The notes under the pieces are model-generated. The model ran no database searches. It saw only the letters and a list, made by a program, of their open reading frames with translations, and was not told the origin of the DNA. DNA of 64,000 nt from positions 1,212 to 65,211 of the forward strand of contig JAKFCW010000044.1 of assembly GCA_036676455.1 (NCBI GenBank), in the 5' to 3' direction. Made by a program: the position numbers and the translations under genes. Below, in pieces: positions 7,832 through 16,339 of the stretch (position 1 is its first letter; each line of letters begins with the position of its first letter). This DNA comes from Candidatus Sericytochromatia bacterium. GTDB taxonomy: Bacteria; Cyanobacteriota; Sericytochromatia; S15B-MN24; UBA4093.

Positions 7832-9502
7832 TTACATCCGTTCCGGCGCCCGGACGCCCAGGATGCCCTCGAGCGCATTGGCAAGCACCGTGCGGCTCGC
7901 GACCGCTAGGGCCAGCCGTGCCCGGGTCAAGGAAGCATCCTCGGGATTGAGGACCCGGCAATTGGTATAGAACGCATGGAAGTCCGCCGCCAGGTCCTGG
8001 GCGTAGCGCGCGATCCGGTGCGGCTCGCGGGCGAAGGCCGCCCCGGAGATCTCGTCGGCGTAGCTGGCGAGCTTGAGCATCAGTACGCGCTCGTCTTCGT
8101 GGCCCAGCGCCGAGAGATCGGCTGTGTCGAGCCCTTCGAGGGAATGACCTTGCTCCTCGGCGAGGCGCAGGATCGAGCAGATGCGCGCATGGGCGTACTG
8201 CACGTAGAAGACCGGGTTGTCGGCGGTCTCCTTCTTGGCGAGTTCGAGATCGAAGTCCAGCGGAGTGTCCGACGAGCGCATGACCAGGAAGTAGCGGGTG
8301 GCGTCGGGGCCGACCTCGTCGATGACCTCGTCGAGGGTGACCATCTCGCCGGTGCGCTTGGACATGCGGACCGGCTCGCCGGCGCGATACAGGCTGACGA
8401 GCTGACCGATGATGATCTCCAGCTTGTCGGCGGGGTAGCCCAGGGCCTGGACGGCGGCCTTCATGCGGGCGACGTAGCCGTGGTGGTCGGCGCCGAAGAT
8501 GTTGATCAGCTTGTCGTAGCCGCGAACGAGCTTGTTCCAGTGGTAGGCGATGTCGGCGGCCAGGTAGGTCGGCAGGCCGTTCTCGCGGATGACGACGCGG
8601 TCCTTGTCGTCGCCGAAGTCAGTGGACTTCAGCCAGAGGGCGCCGTCCTGCTCGTAGAGGTAACCCTTTTCCTTGAGGACGTCGACGGCCTTCTGGATGG
8701 CGCCTTCCTGGTGGAGGCGGGTCTCCGGGAAGAACTCGTCGAAGTGGCAGCGGATACGCTCCAAGGTTTTCTGCTGCTGGGCCAGCAGCAGGTCGCGCGA
8801 GAACTGGGTGAGGCGCTTGACCTTGGCGTCCTCGTCGAGGCCGTCGAGTTCCGAGCCAAGGGCCTCGCGGGCGGCGGCCGCCACGTCATGGATGTAGGCG
8901 CCGCCGTAGAACTCCTTGCCGGCCTCGCCCTCGGGGATGGGGCGGCCCTCGATGCGGTACATGACCGAGCGGCCCAGGTTCAGCATCTGGTTGCCGGCGT
9001 CGTTGATGTAGAACTCCTGGTGGACCGCAAAGCCGGCGGCGTTCATGACGTTGGCCAGGGTCGAGCCGATGGCGGCCCAGCGGCCGTGGCCCACGTGCAG
9101 GGGGCCGGTGGGGTTGGCGGAGACGAACTCGAGCAGGACCTTCTCGCCCTTGCCGACTTCCGAGCGGCCGTAAGCGTCCTTCTCGGTGAGCACGGAGCGA
9201 ACGTTGTTGCGCAGCCAGTCGAGGCTGAGGCTGAGGTTGATGAAGCCGGGACCCGCCATGGACGCGGAGGCGATCAGGCCGTCGGTGGGAATGTGCTCAA
9301 GCAGGACCTTGGCGATCTGGGGCGGGGCCATCTTGGCGGGCTTGGCGAGGGCCATGGCCAGGTTGGTGGCATAGTCTCCGTGCTGGGGATCGCGGGGCTT
9401 CTCGACCAGCGGACGGACGGAGATACCCTGGGGCAGTTGCCCCTGCTCGATGGCCGCCTGGAGGGCTCCTGCGAGATGGTCGGCGATGAGTTGTCTAAGC
9501 AT
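7832..9502 (-). CDS. argS: Arginine--tRNA ligase
   Basis: 556 aa. HIGH-type motif PTGPLHVGHGR and KMSK-type motif RMSKRTG. Confidence 0.95.
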   Translation of the reverse strand: MLRQLIADHLAGALQAAIEQGQLPQGISVRPLVEKPRDPQHGDYATNLAMALAKPAKMAPPQIAKVLLEHIPTDGLIASASMAGPGFINLSLSLDWLRNNVRSVLTEKDAYGRSEVGKGEKVLLEFVSANPTGPLHVGHGRWAAIGSTLANVMNAAGFAVHQEFYINDAGNQMLNLGRSVMYRIEGRPIPEGEAGKEFYGGAYIHDVAAAAREALGSELDGLDEDAKVKRLTQFSRDLLLAQQQKTLERIRCHFDEFFPETRLHQEGAIQKAVDVLKEKGYLYEQDGALWLKSTDFGDDKDRVVIRENGLPTYLAADIAYHWNKLVRGYDKLINIFGADHHGYVARMKAAVQALGYPADKLEIIIGQLVSLYRAGEPVRMSKRTGEMVTLDEVIDEVGPDATRYFLVMRSSDTPLDFDLELAKKETADNPVFYVQYAHARICSILRLAEEQGHSLEGLDTADLSALGHEDERVLMLKLASYADEISGAAFAREPHRIARYAQDLAADFHAFYTNCRVLNPEDASLTRARLALAVASRTVLANALEGILGVRAPERM

Positions 9503-9509
9503 GGGTGCG

Positions 9510-9932
9510 TTATTCTCCGGTGATCGTCAGGTGGATGATGAGGGTGAAGCTGCCGAGCAGGTCGTCGTTGGAGTAGAGGTCGTATTCCAGCTGTAGCTCG
9601 GCGCCGGTGGGGGTGTCGACCTTCTCGTAGCGCTTGGTGTAGGTGAGAAGGGGAAGGACGGAGCCCATGAGGCTGAGGTCGGTAGGCACTGATTTGCCTT
9701 GCCGGAAGACCTGCCAGGATTCGATATCAGGACCCCGGCGGAAGAGGCGCCACTCATCGGCGTTCATTTTGAGGGTGCTCTGCAGGCCGTCGGCATCCTG
9801 GAAGATCAGGTACTCCTGGCCGTCCTGGATGTACCACGTGCCTTCGTACTCTCCTTGGGTCGTCTGGGCTTGATTCTCGCTGTCGAGCTGGCGGCTCTCC
9901 AGTTTGACGTGAACGTTCTTCTTCATGCTCAT
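9510..9932 (-). CDS. DUF1934 (YwiB-like) beta-barrel protein
   Basis: 140 aa, directly upstream of argS as in Firmicutes. ATGA overlap with the rlmH stop. Confidence 0.7.
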   Translation of the reverse strand: MSMKKNVHVKLESRQLDSENQAQTTQGEYEGTWYIQDGQEYLIFQDADGLQSTLKMNADEWRLFRRGPDIESWQVFRQGKSVPTDLSLMGSVLPLLTYTKRYEKVDTPTGAELQLEYDLYSNDDLLGSFTLIIHLTITGE

Positions 9933-10396
9933 GCTTTATGGTAGGGCTCTCCCCGGCGGAGAGTCTCGCAGCGGTAAAGCTGTTCGAGCAGCACCAGACG
10001 GGCTAGCTGATAAGGGAGGGTCAACGCGGAGAGGCCCATCTTCCAGCGGGCCTCGCGCTCGAGCTCGGGATCGAGACCTTGCGGGCCTCCGAGGACGAAA
10101 GCGAGGGCCCCCAGGCCTTGGGCCTCGAAGGATTCCAGTTTCTGGGCGAGGTTGATGGTCGCGAGCTGGGTGCCGCGCTCGGTGAGGGCGATGATCTCCG
10201 AGCCCTTGCAGGCGGCACGGATCCGTTCGGCCTCGGCGCGCATGACCTGGGCTTCGCGGCCGGGAATCAGGCGCTCTTCAGGGACCTCGATGACTTCGAT
10301 GGGCCGGTAATGCTTCAATCGGCCCGCGTACTCGGCGATCGCCTCGCGGTAGAACGACTCCTTGATGCGCCCGACCGCTACGATGGACCACTTCAC
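9929..10396 (-). CDS. rlmH: 23S rRNA (pseudouridine1915-N3)-methyltransferase
   Basis: SPOUT-type sequence (KWSIVAVGRIK ... LTLPYQLARLVLLEQLYR). Start moved to GTG 10396, which is preceded by GGGGGAAAG. Confidence 0.85.
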   Translation of the reverse strand: MKWSIVAVGRIKESFYREAIAEYAGRLKHYRPIEVIEVPEERLIPGREAQVMRAEAERIRAACKGSEIIALTERGTQLATINLAQKLESFEAQGLGALAFVLGGPQGLDPELEREARWKMGLSALTLPYQLARLVLLEQLYRCETLRRGEPYHKA

Positions 10397-10510
10397 GGCT
10401 TTCCCCCAGATGTCGACCGGACCGGCCGAAAACCTCACTTTACCTCTCTTAAAGAGTCTGCGTCAAGCAAGGCATGGCGCCGATTCCCCCTCCTGAACGC
10501 CCGCTTCTTG

Positions 10511-10519
10511 TGCTACAAT
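10511..10519 (+). promoter_or_regulatory. Extended -10 promoter element TGcTACAAT upstream of yajQ-rplI-dnaB
   Basis: TGCTACAAT lies within GTGCTACAATGG. The -35 is weak. It implies a leader of about 105 nt. Confidence 0.35.
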
Positions 10520-10631
10520 GGCCCTGGCCTGCCAGCCCCCCAAATTGGCGCAGCGCGCCTCATCCGGCTGCCTCTTGGCAGTCCGGGCGGAGCCTCGGCA
10601 GGTATGACTTACGTTCGGGAGTGATGCAGCA

Positions 10632-11123
10632 ATGTCCAAAGACGCTTCGTTCGATATCGTCTCCAAGGTCGACATGGCCGAGGTGACCAACGCCGTCCAC
10701 CAGACCAACAAGGAAATCGAGCAGCGCTTCGACCTCAAGGGGACCGGAGCCGAGATTCGCCAGGAGAAAGAGACCCTCACCGCGGTCGCCCCTGACGACC
10801 TCAAGCTGCGCAACATCATCGACATCCTCGAGAACAAGTTCATCAAGCGGAACCTCTCGCTCAAGGCCCTCGACAAGGGCAACGTCGAATCCGCGCTGGG
10901 TGGCACGGTCAAGCAGGTCATCACCCTCAAGCAGGGCATCGACCGCGACCGCGCCAAGAAGATCAACGACCTGATCAAGGCCAGCAAGATCAAGGTCCAG
11001 TCCCAGATCCAGGAAGACCAGATCCGGGTTTCCGGCAAGTCTCGCGACGACCTGCAGGCCGTCATCCAGACCCTCAAGAACGCCGACCTGGACATCGACC
11101 TCCAGTTCGAGAACTACCGCTAG
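10632..11123 (+). CDS. yajQ: YajQ-family nucleotide (c-di-GMP)-binding protein
   Basis: 163 aa, MSKDASFDIVSKVDMAEVTNAV ... typical of the UPF0234/YajQ family. Confidence 0.85.
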   Translation: MSKDASFDIVSKVDMAEVTNAVHQTNKEIEQRFDLKGTGAEIRQEKETLTAVAPDDLKLRNIIDILENKFIKRNLSLKALDKGNVESALGGTVKQVITLKQGIDRDRAKKINDLIKASKIKVQSQIQEDQIRVSGKSRDDLQAVIQTLKNADLDIDLQFENYR

Positions 11124-11171
11124 GCGGCGTCCCCGCGGGGACGGCGCAATCGTTGCAAAGAGGAGACCGCG

Positions 11172-11615
11172 ATGAAGGTCATTTTCACCCAGGACGTCAA
11201 GGGCACGGCCAAGGCCGGCGAGGTCAAGGAAGTCTCCGAGGGCCATGCCCGCAACTTCCTGATCCCGCGCGGGATCGCCATGGAGGCGAACGCCGCCAAC
11301 CTCAAGATCCTCGAGGACAAGAAGAAGTCCGAGGCCAAGAAGGCCGCCAAGATCAAGGCCGAGGCCGAGGAGCTGGGCCAGCGCCTGGAGGCCAAGACCG
11401 TCAGCCTCAAGGCCAAGTCCGGCGAGGGCGGCAAGCTCTACGGGGCCATCACCGCCAAGGAGATCGCTCAGGAGACCAAGAAGCAGACCCAGCTTGAAAT
11501 CGACAAGCGCAAGATCGAGATGGAGCCCATCCGGTCCTTGGGCACCTATAACCTCGTCGTCAAGTTGCACCCCGAGGTGACGGCCAAGCTCAAGGTCCAC
11601 GTGACCGAGGAGTAG
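11172..11615 (+). CDS. rplI: 50S ribosomal protein L9
   Basis: 147 aa, [34 protein letters not shown]. Confidence 0.95.
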   Translation: MKVIFTQDVKGTAKAGEVKEVSEGHARNFLIPRGIAMEANAANLKILEDKKKSEAKKAAKIKAEAEELGQRLEAKTVSLKAKSGEGGKLYGAITAKEIAQETKKQTQLEIDKRKIEMEPIRSLGTYNLVVKLHPEVTAKLKVHVTEE

Positions 11616-11627
11616 ACCCAGACGCCC

Positions 11628-12980
11628 ATGAGCGAGCTCATCGAACGGATTCCCCCGCAGGACATCGAGGCCGAGCAATCCGTGCTCGGCGCCCTCCTGG
11701 TCTCGCCCGAGGCCATCGGGAAGGTCGCCGAACTCCTTCGGCCCGAGCACTTCTACCGCCAGGCCCATGCCACCATCTTCCAGGCGGTCTGCGACCTGGC
11801 GGAGCGCGGAGAACCGATCGACCTCATCACCGTCTCCTCCTTGCTGCGAAGCAAGGAGGAGCTCGATGCGGTGGGCGGCTACGGCTACCTCATGGACCTG
11901 GCGTCGTCCATCCCGACGGCCGCCAACGTCGAGTACTACGCCAAGATCGTCGAGGAGAAGGGCACGCTTCGCTCGCTCATCGCGGGCGGCACCAAGATCG
12001 TCGAATTGGCCTTCGACCAGGAGCGCAAGATCGAGGACACGCTCGACCAGGCCGAGCAGATCATCTTCGAGGTCTCCCAGGCGCGTCGCCAATCGCAGGA
12101 CCTCACCCACATCAAGGACGTCCTGCAGTCGACCTTCGAGACCATCGAGTACCGCTACGAGAATCAAGATAACGTCATGGGCTCGGCCACCGGGTTCTAC
12201 GACCTGGACTACATGACCTCCGGGCTGAACCCCAGCGACCTGATCATCCTGGCGGCTCGTCCTGCCATGGGTAAGACCTCGTTCGCCCTCAACCTCCTGC
12301 AAGCGGTTGCCAAGCTCAACGACAAGCCCTCGATCATCTTCAGCCTCGAAATGGGCAAGGACCAGCTGGTCCAGCGCATGATCTGCTCCGAGGCCAAGAT
12401 CGACGCCCATCGCATCAAGACGGGCTACCTCTCGGAAGGGGACTGGCCCCGCCTCACCGAGGCCATCGGATCGCTTGCCGAGGCTCCGGTCTACATCGAC
12501 GACACCCCGGCCATCACGGTCATGGAGGTGCGCGGCAAGGCCCGCCGCCTCAAGGCCCTCACCAAGAAGGAACTGGGCCTCATCGTCATCGACTACCTCC
12601 AGCTCATGAGCGGCGGCGGCAGCTCCAACGACGGCAACCGCCAGCAGGAGATCTCGACCATCTCGCGCTCTTTGAAGGCCCTCGCCCGCGAGCTGCAGGT
12701 GCCGATCATCGCACTGTCGCAGCTCTCGCGCGCGGTCGAGTCCCGCACCGACAAGCGCCCCATGCTCAGCGACCTGCGCGAATCGGGCGCCATCGAGCAG
12801 GACGCCGACATCGTCATGTTCATCTACCGCGACGACTACTACAACCTGGAATCGCCCGAGAAGAACATCGCCGAGATCATCATCGCCAAGCACCGTAACG
12901 GACCGGTCGGTAAGGTGAAGCTGTACTTCGAGAAGGAGCACACGCGCTTCGAGAACCTCACCACCGCTCCCGCCGTCTAG
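11628..12980 (+). CDS. dnaB: Replicative DNA helicase
   Basis: 450 aa. N-terminal PPQDIEAEQSVLGALL and Walker A ARPAMGKTSFAL. Confidence 0.95.
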   Translation: MSELIERIPPQDIEAEQSVLGALLVSPEAIGKVAELLRPEHFYRQAHATIFQAVCDLAERGEPIDLITVSSLLRSKEELDAVGGYGYLMDLASSIPTAANVEYYAKIVEEKGTLRSLIAGGTKIVELAFDQERKIEDTLDQAEQIIFEVSQARRQSQDLTHIKDVLQSTFETIEYRYENQDNVMGSATGFYDLDYMTSGLNPSDLIILAARPAMGKTSFALNLLQAVAKLNDKPSIIFSLEMGKDQLVQRMICSEAKIDAHRIKTGYLSEGDWPRLTEAIGSLAEAPVYIDDTPAITVMEVRGKARRLKALTKKELGLIVIDYLQLMSGGGSSNDGNRQQEISTISRSLKALARELQVPIIALSQLSRAVESRTDKRPMLSDLRESGAIEQDADIVMFIYRDDYYNLESPEKNIAEIIIAKHRNGPVGKVKLYFEKEHTRFENLTTAPAV

Positions 12981-13005
12981 AACGCAACAGAAAGCAGGCA
13001 GTACC

Positions 13006-14319
13006 GTGGCCAACGTCGTCGTCGTCGGAGCCCAGTGGGGCGACGAAGGGAAGGGCAAGATCACCGATTTGCTGGGAGAGGCTGCCGACGTCGTCGTCCG
13101 CTACTCGGGCGGCAACAACGCGGGCCACACGGTCGTGGTCGGCGAGATGGTCTACAAGCTGCACCTGGTGCCCTCGGGCATCCTGTACCCCGGCACGCTC
13201 TGCATCGTCGGCAACGGCACGGTGATCGACCCGGTCTCCTTCGTGGCGGAACTCGACAAGCTGGCTGAGCAGGGCATCGACCTTTCGGGCCTGCGGATCA
13301 GCGAGCTGGCGCACCTGATCATGCCCTACCACAAGGTCCTGGACAAGGCCGAGGAAACGCGCCGCAAGCACAAGATCGGCACCACCGGCCGCGGGATCGG
13401 GCCTGCCTACGGCGACAAGGCCCTGCGCTACGGCTTCCGCCTCTTGGACCTGCGCGACGAGGCCAGCTTCCGCGACCAGCTCGCCGACAACCTCGAACGC
13501 CAGAACGCCATCCTGACCCAGGTCTACGGGACCGAGCCCCTCGACCTCGACGCGGTGGCCGCCGAGGTGCTCGATTCCTACAAGCGCCTGGAACCCTACA
13601 TCACGGACACCGGCTTGCTGCTGAACGAGGCCATCACGGCCGGCAAGAAGGTCCTCTTCGAGGGCGCGCAGGGCACCTTGCTCGATCTCGACATGGGCAC
13701 CTACCCCTTCGTGACCTCGTCCTACCCGGTGGCGGGCGGCGCGGGCATCGGCGCCGGAGTCGGCCCCCTGGCCGTCGACCGGGTGCTGGGCATCGCGAAG
13801 GCCTACTCGACCCGCGTGGGTGAGGGGCCCTTCCCCAGCGAGCTCTTCGACGCGACGGGCGACGAGCTGCGGCGCGTGGGCATGGAGTTCGGCACGACGA
13901 CCGGGCGGCCGCGCCGCTGCGGCTGGTTCGACGCCGTGGCAGCCCGTCTGGCGGCCCGGGTCAACGGCCTCGACGCGCTCGCCATCATGAAGCTCGACGT
14001 GCTGGACGGTTTCGCCGAGATCCCGGTGGTCGTGGGGTACCAGGTGGGCGATCGCCGCCTTGACGAGTTCCCCCACGATCCCCGCGTGCTCGCCGAGTGC
14101 CAGCCCATCTACGAGACCCTGCCCGGCTGGAACCAGTCCACCAAGGAAGCCCGCCGCTGGGAGGACCTGCCCGAGCTGGCGCAGCGCTACCTCCGCCGGA
14201 TCGAGGCCCTGGTCGGCGTGCCGATCGCCATCGTCTCGGTGGGTCCGGAGCGCGACGCCACCCTGATGCTCGAGGACCTGCTCTCCGGGCCCCGCAGGGT
14301 CCAGCCTACCCGAAACTAG
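13006..14319 (+). CDS. purA: Adenylosuccinate synthase
   Basis: 437 aa, GTG start, GAQWGDEGKGK P-loop. Confidence 0.95.
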   Translation: MANVVVVGAQWGDEGKGKITDLLGEAADVVVRYSGGNNAGHTVVVGEMVYKLHLVPSGILYPGTLCIVGNGTVIDPVSFVAELDKLAEQGIDLSGLRISELAHLIMPYHKVLDKAEETRRKHKIGTTGRGIGPAYGDKALRYGFRLLDLRDEASFRDQLADNLERQNAILTQVYGTEPLDLDAVAAEVLDSYKRLEPYITDTGLLLNEAITAGKKVLFEGAQGTLLDLDMGTYPFVTSSYPVAGGAGIGAGVGPLAVDRVLGIAKAYSTRVGEGPFPSELFDATGDELRRVGMEFGTTTGRPRRCGWFDAVAARLAARVNGLDALAIMKLDVLDGFAEIPVVVGYQVGDRRLDEFPHDPRVLAECQPIYETLPGWNQSTKEARRWEDLPELAQRYLRRIEALVGVPIAIVSVGPERDATLMLEDLLSGPRRVQPTRN

Positions 14320-14355
14320 TCCCCGCCCCATCTCAACGTCGAGAGGATTGCCGGA

Positions 14356-15501
14356 ATGATCTACCTGGACTACGCCGCCACCACGCCGGTTCGCCCCGAG
14401 GTCGTCCAAGCGATGACCGAGTCCCTCACCGAGGGCTGGGGCAACCCCTCGAGCAACCACCTTGCGGGTCACACGGCCCGCAAGGGCATGGACCGGGCCC
14501 GCCGACACGTGGCCGAGCTGGTCGGCGCCAGTCCCGAGATGGTGATCTTCACCTCGGGCGGCACCGAGGCGGACAACCTGGCCATCCGCGGCGTGGCGCA
14601 TGCCCTCAAGGCCAAGGGGCGGCACCTGGTGATCAGCAACATCGAGCACTCGGCCGTCCGGGTTACCTGCAAGATGCTGGCCGACGAGGGTTTCGAGACC
14701 ACCGAGGTGCCGGTCGGTCCCAACGGCGTGCTCGATCCCGAGGCCGTGGCCCAGGCCATTCGCCCGGACACGATCTTGGTCTCGGTGATGCACGTCAACA
14801 ACGAGATCGGCACGATCCAGCCGATCGCCGAGATCGCCGAACGGGCCCACGCTCAGGGCGTGCTGGTCCACACGGACGCCGTGCAGTCCGCCGGCAAGAT
14901 CCCGGTCTCCATGGAGGCCCTGGGCGTCGACCTGCTGTCGATCTCTGCCCACAAGATCTACGGCCCCAAGGGAGTGGGCGCGCTGATCCGCGCGAAGGGC
15001 GTGCCCCTTGCGCCGGTGCTGACCGGCGGCGGGCACGAGCGGGGCTTTAGGGCAGGCACCGAGAACGTGCCGGGCATCGTGGGCTTCGGAGTGGCGGCCG
15101 AGCTGGCCGTCCGCGAGCTGGCCTCGCGTATGCGGCACGACGAGGAGCTGGGGCGCTTCTTGCAGGCCGCGCTGCTGGAGGCGATTCCCGGGGCCTCCCT
15201 GAACGGCGACCCGGTTCGCCGCTGGGCCGGCTGCGTGAGCCTGCGGGTGCCGGGCGTGGACGGCGCGGATCTGCTGAAGGCGCTGGACGAGGCGGGCGTT
15301 GCCATCTCGGCGGGCTCGGCCTGCAAGGCGTTCAAGCAGGAGACGTCACACGTGATCGCGGCCCTGAACTTGCCCAATGCCGAGGATTCCGGAACCCTGC
15401 GCATGACGGTCGGTTCGCCGACCACGCAAGCCGAAATCCAGGACGCCGTGGGCATCTTGGCCAAGGCGGTGGAGGCCTTGCGGGGCAAGGTCGCACGCTA
15501 G
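14356..15501 (+). CDS. Cysteine desulfurase (NifS/IscS family)
   Basis: 381 aa. PLP-lysine SAHKIYGPKG and catalytic Cys loop SAGSACK. Confidence 0.9.
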   Translation: MIYLDYAATTPVRPEVVQAMTESLTEGWGNPSSNHLAGHTARKGMDRARRHVAELVGASPEMVIFTSGGTEADNLAIRGVAHALKAKGRHLVISNIEHSAVRVTCKMLADEGFETTEVPVGPNGVLDPEAVAQAIRPDTILVSVMHVNNEIGTIQPIAEIAERAHAQGVLVHTDAVQSAGKIPVSMEALGVDLLSISAHKIYGPKGVGALIRAKGVPLAPVLTGGGHERGFRAGTENVPGIVGFGVAAELAVRELASRMRHDEELGRFLQAALLEAIPGASLNGDPVRRWAGCVSLRVPGVDGADLLKALDEAGVAISAGSACKAFKQETSHVIAALNLPNAEDSGTLRMTVGSPTTQAEIQDAVGILAKAVEALRGKVAR

Positions 15502-15506
15502 CTTGC

Positions 15507-15536
15507 TTTACAGCTTCTTGACTTGCCGCTTATAAT
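15507..15536 (+). promoter_or_regulatory. Sigma70-like promoter (TTTACA-18 nt-TATAAT) for the ytxH pair
   Basis: -35 at 15507-15512 and -10 at 15531-15536, about 60 nt upstream of the ATG at 15596. Confidence 0.5.
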
Positions 15537-15595
15537 CGGTTCGGAGCCGGTCTAGCTGTCGGCTGATGTTTACGTGACAACGAGGAGGTTGGTTC

Positions 15596-15922
15596 ATGGA
15601 GCGCAGAACGTCGGGTCTCGAGGTGCTGGGAGGGCTGGTGGTCGGCGCGGCTTTCGGCTTCGTCGCGGGGATGATCCTGGCGCCGCAATCCGGCGGCCGC
15701 ACCCGGGATCAGCTCAACGAGAACCTTTCGGACATCCGCCTTCGTACCAATGAGATGATGGACAACCTCAAGGGCAACACCGAGAGCCTCATCACCTCCA
15801 CCCGCAGCACCATCGAAGAGAAGCTGACGCTGCTCAACGAGGCCGTCGAAGCCGGCCGCAAGGCTGCCGCCTACAAGCGCGACGAGCTGATCGAGGGCGA
15901 CGAGAACGCCCCGACGATCTAG
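15596..15922 (+). CDS. YtxH domain-containing protein
   Basis: 108 aa. N-terminal TM helix followed by LAPQSGGRTR and a helical tail. GAGGAGG RBS. Confidence 0.75.
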   Translation: MERRTSGLEVLGGLVVGAAFGFVAGMILAPQSGGRTRDQLNENLSDIRLRTNEMMDNLKGNTESLITSTRSTIEEKLTLLNEAVEAGRKAAAYKRDELIEGDENAPTI

Positions 15923-15949
15923 CTTGCGCCACTCTTCAAGGAGGCCCTC

Positions 15950-16231
15950 ATGAGCGTGCGACGCAACATCACCTTTTACGCCACGGCCCTGATCGGGACC
16001 GCCCTGGGCACGGCCGCCGGCCTGCTCCTGGCTCCCAAGTCCGGCGAGGCCACCCGCAAGCAGATTCGCCGCATGGCCGGCGAGCTGAGCGAGCAGCTTC
16101 CCGTGACCTTCAGCGAGCTCCAGCTGCGCGGCCGCCAGGTCCTCGATCGAGCTCCCCGCCGGATCACCCTGGGCCGGCGCAAGGGCGAGAAGATCATCCA
16201 GCTCTACCGCGAAAACGAACGCGAAGGCTAG
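15950..16231 (+). CDS. YtxH domain-containing protein (paralog)
   Basis: 93 aa. TM helix plus LAPKSGEATRKQI. AAGGAGG RBS. Confidence 0.7.
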   Translation: MSVRRNITFYATALIGTALGTAAGLLLAPKSGEATRKQIRRMAGELSEQLPVTFSELQLRGRQVLDRAPRRITLGRRKGEKIIQLYRENEREG

Positions 16232-16339
16232 GAATTTCCACTTCCAAGCGCTCCGGGCCCTGCCCCGGGGCGCTTTTTACGTGCTCGCGTTGTAAAATGG
16301 ATCCGACACGGAACTCCCGATCCAGAAAGGAACCCCGCC

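Noticed and set aside
10560-15138. Long antisense ORFs 10560-13064(-) and 12958-15138(-). Similar ones are 16973-18670(-), 24097-26190(-), 35913-39722(-), 40142-41773(-), 45597-48281(+), 57439-58788(-) and 6438-7649(+).
   Set aside because: These are shadow frames opposite strongly supported genes (dnaB, purA, alaS, the SBP, speA, the kinase, valS and the permeases). Their compositions are dominated by G/D/L/V/R/A/H/E with no motifs, as expected where stop codons are rare in high-GC DNA.
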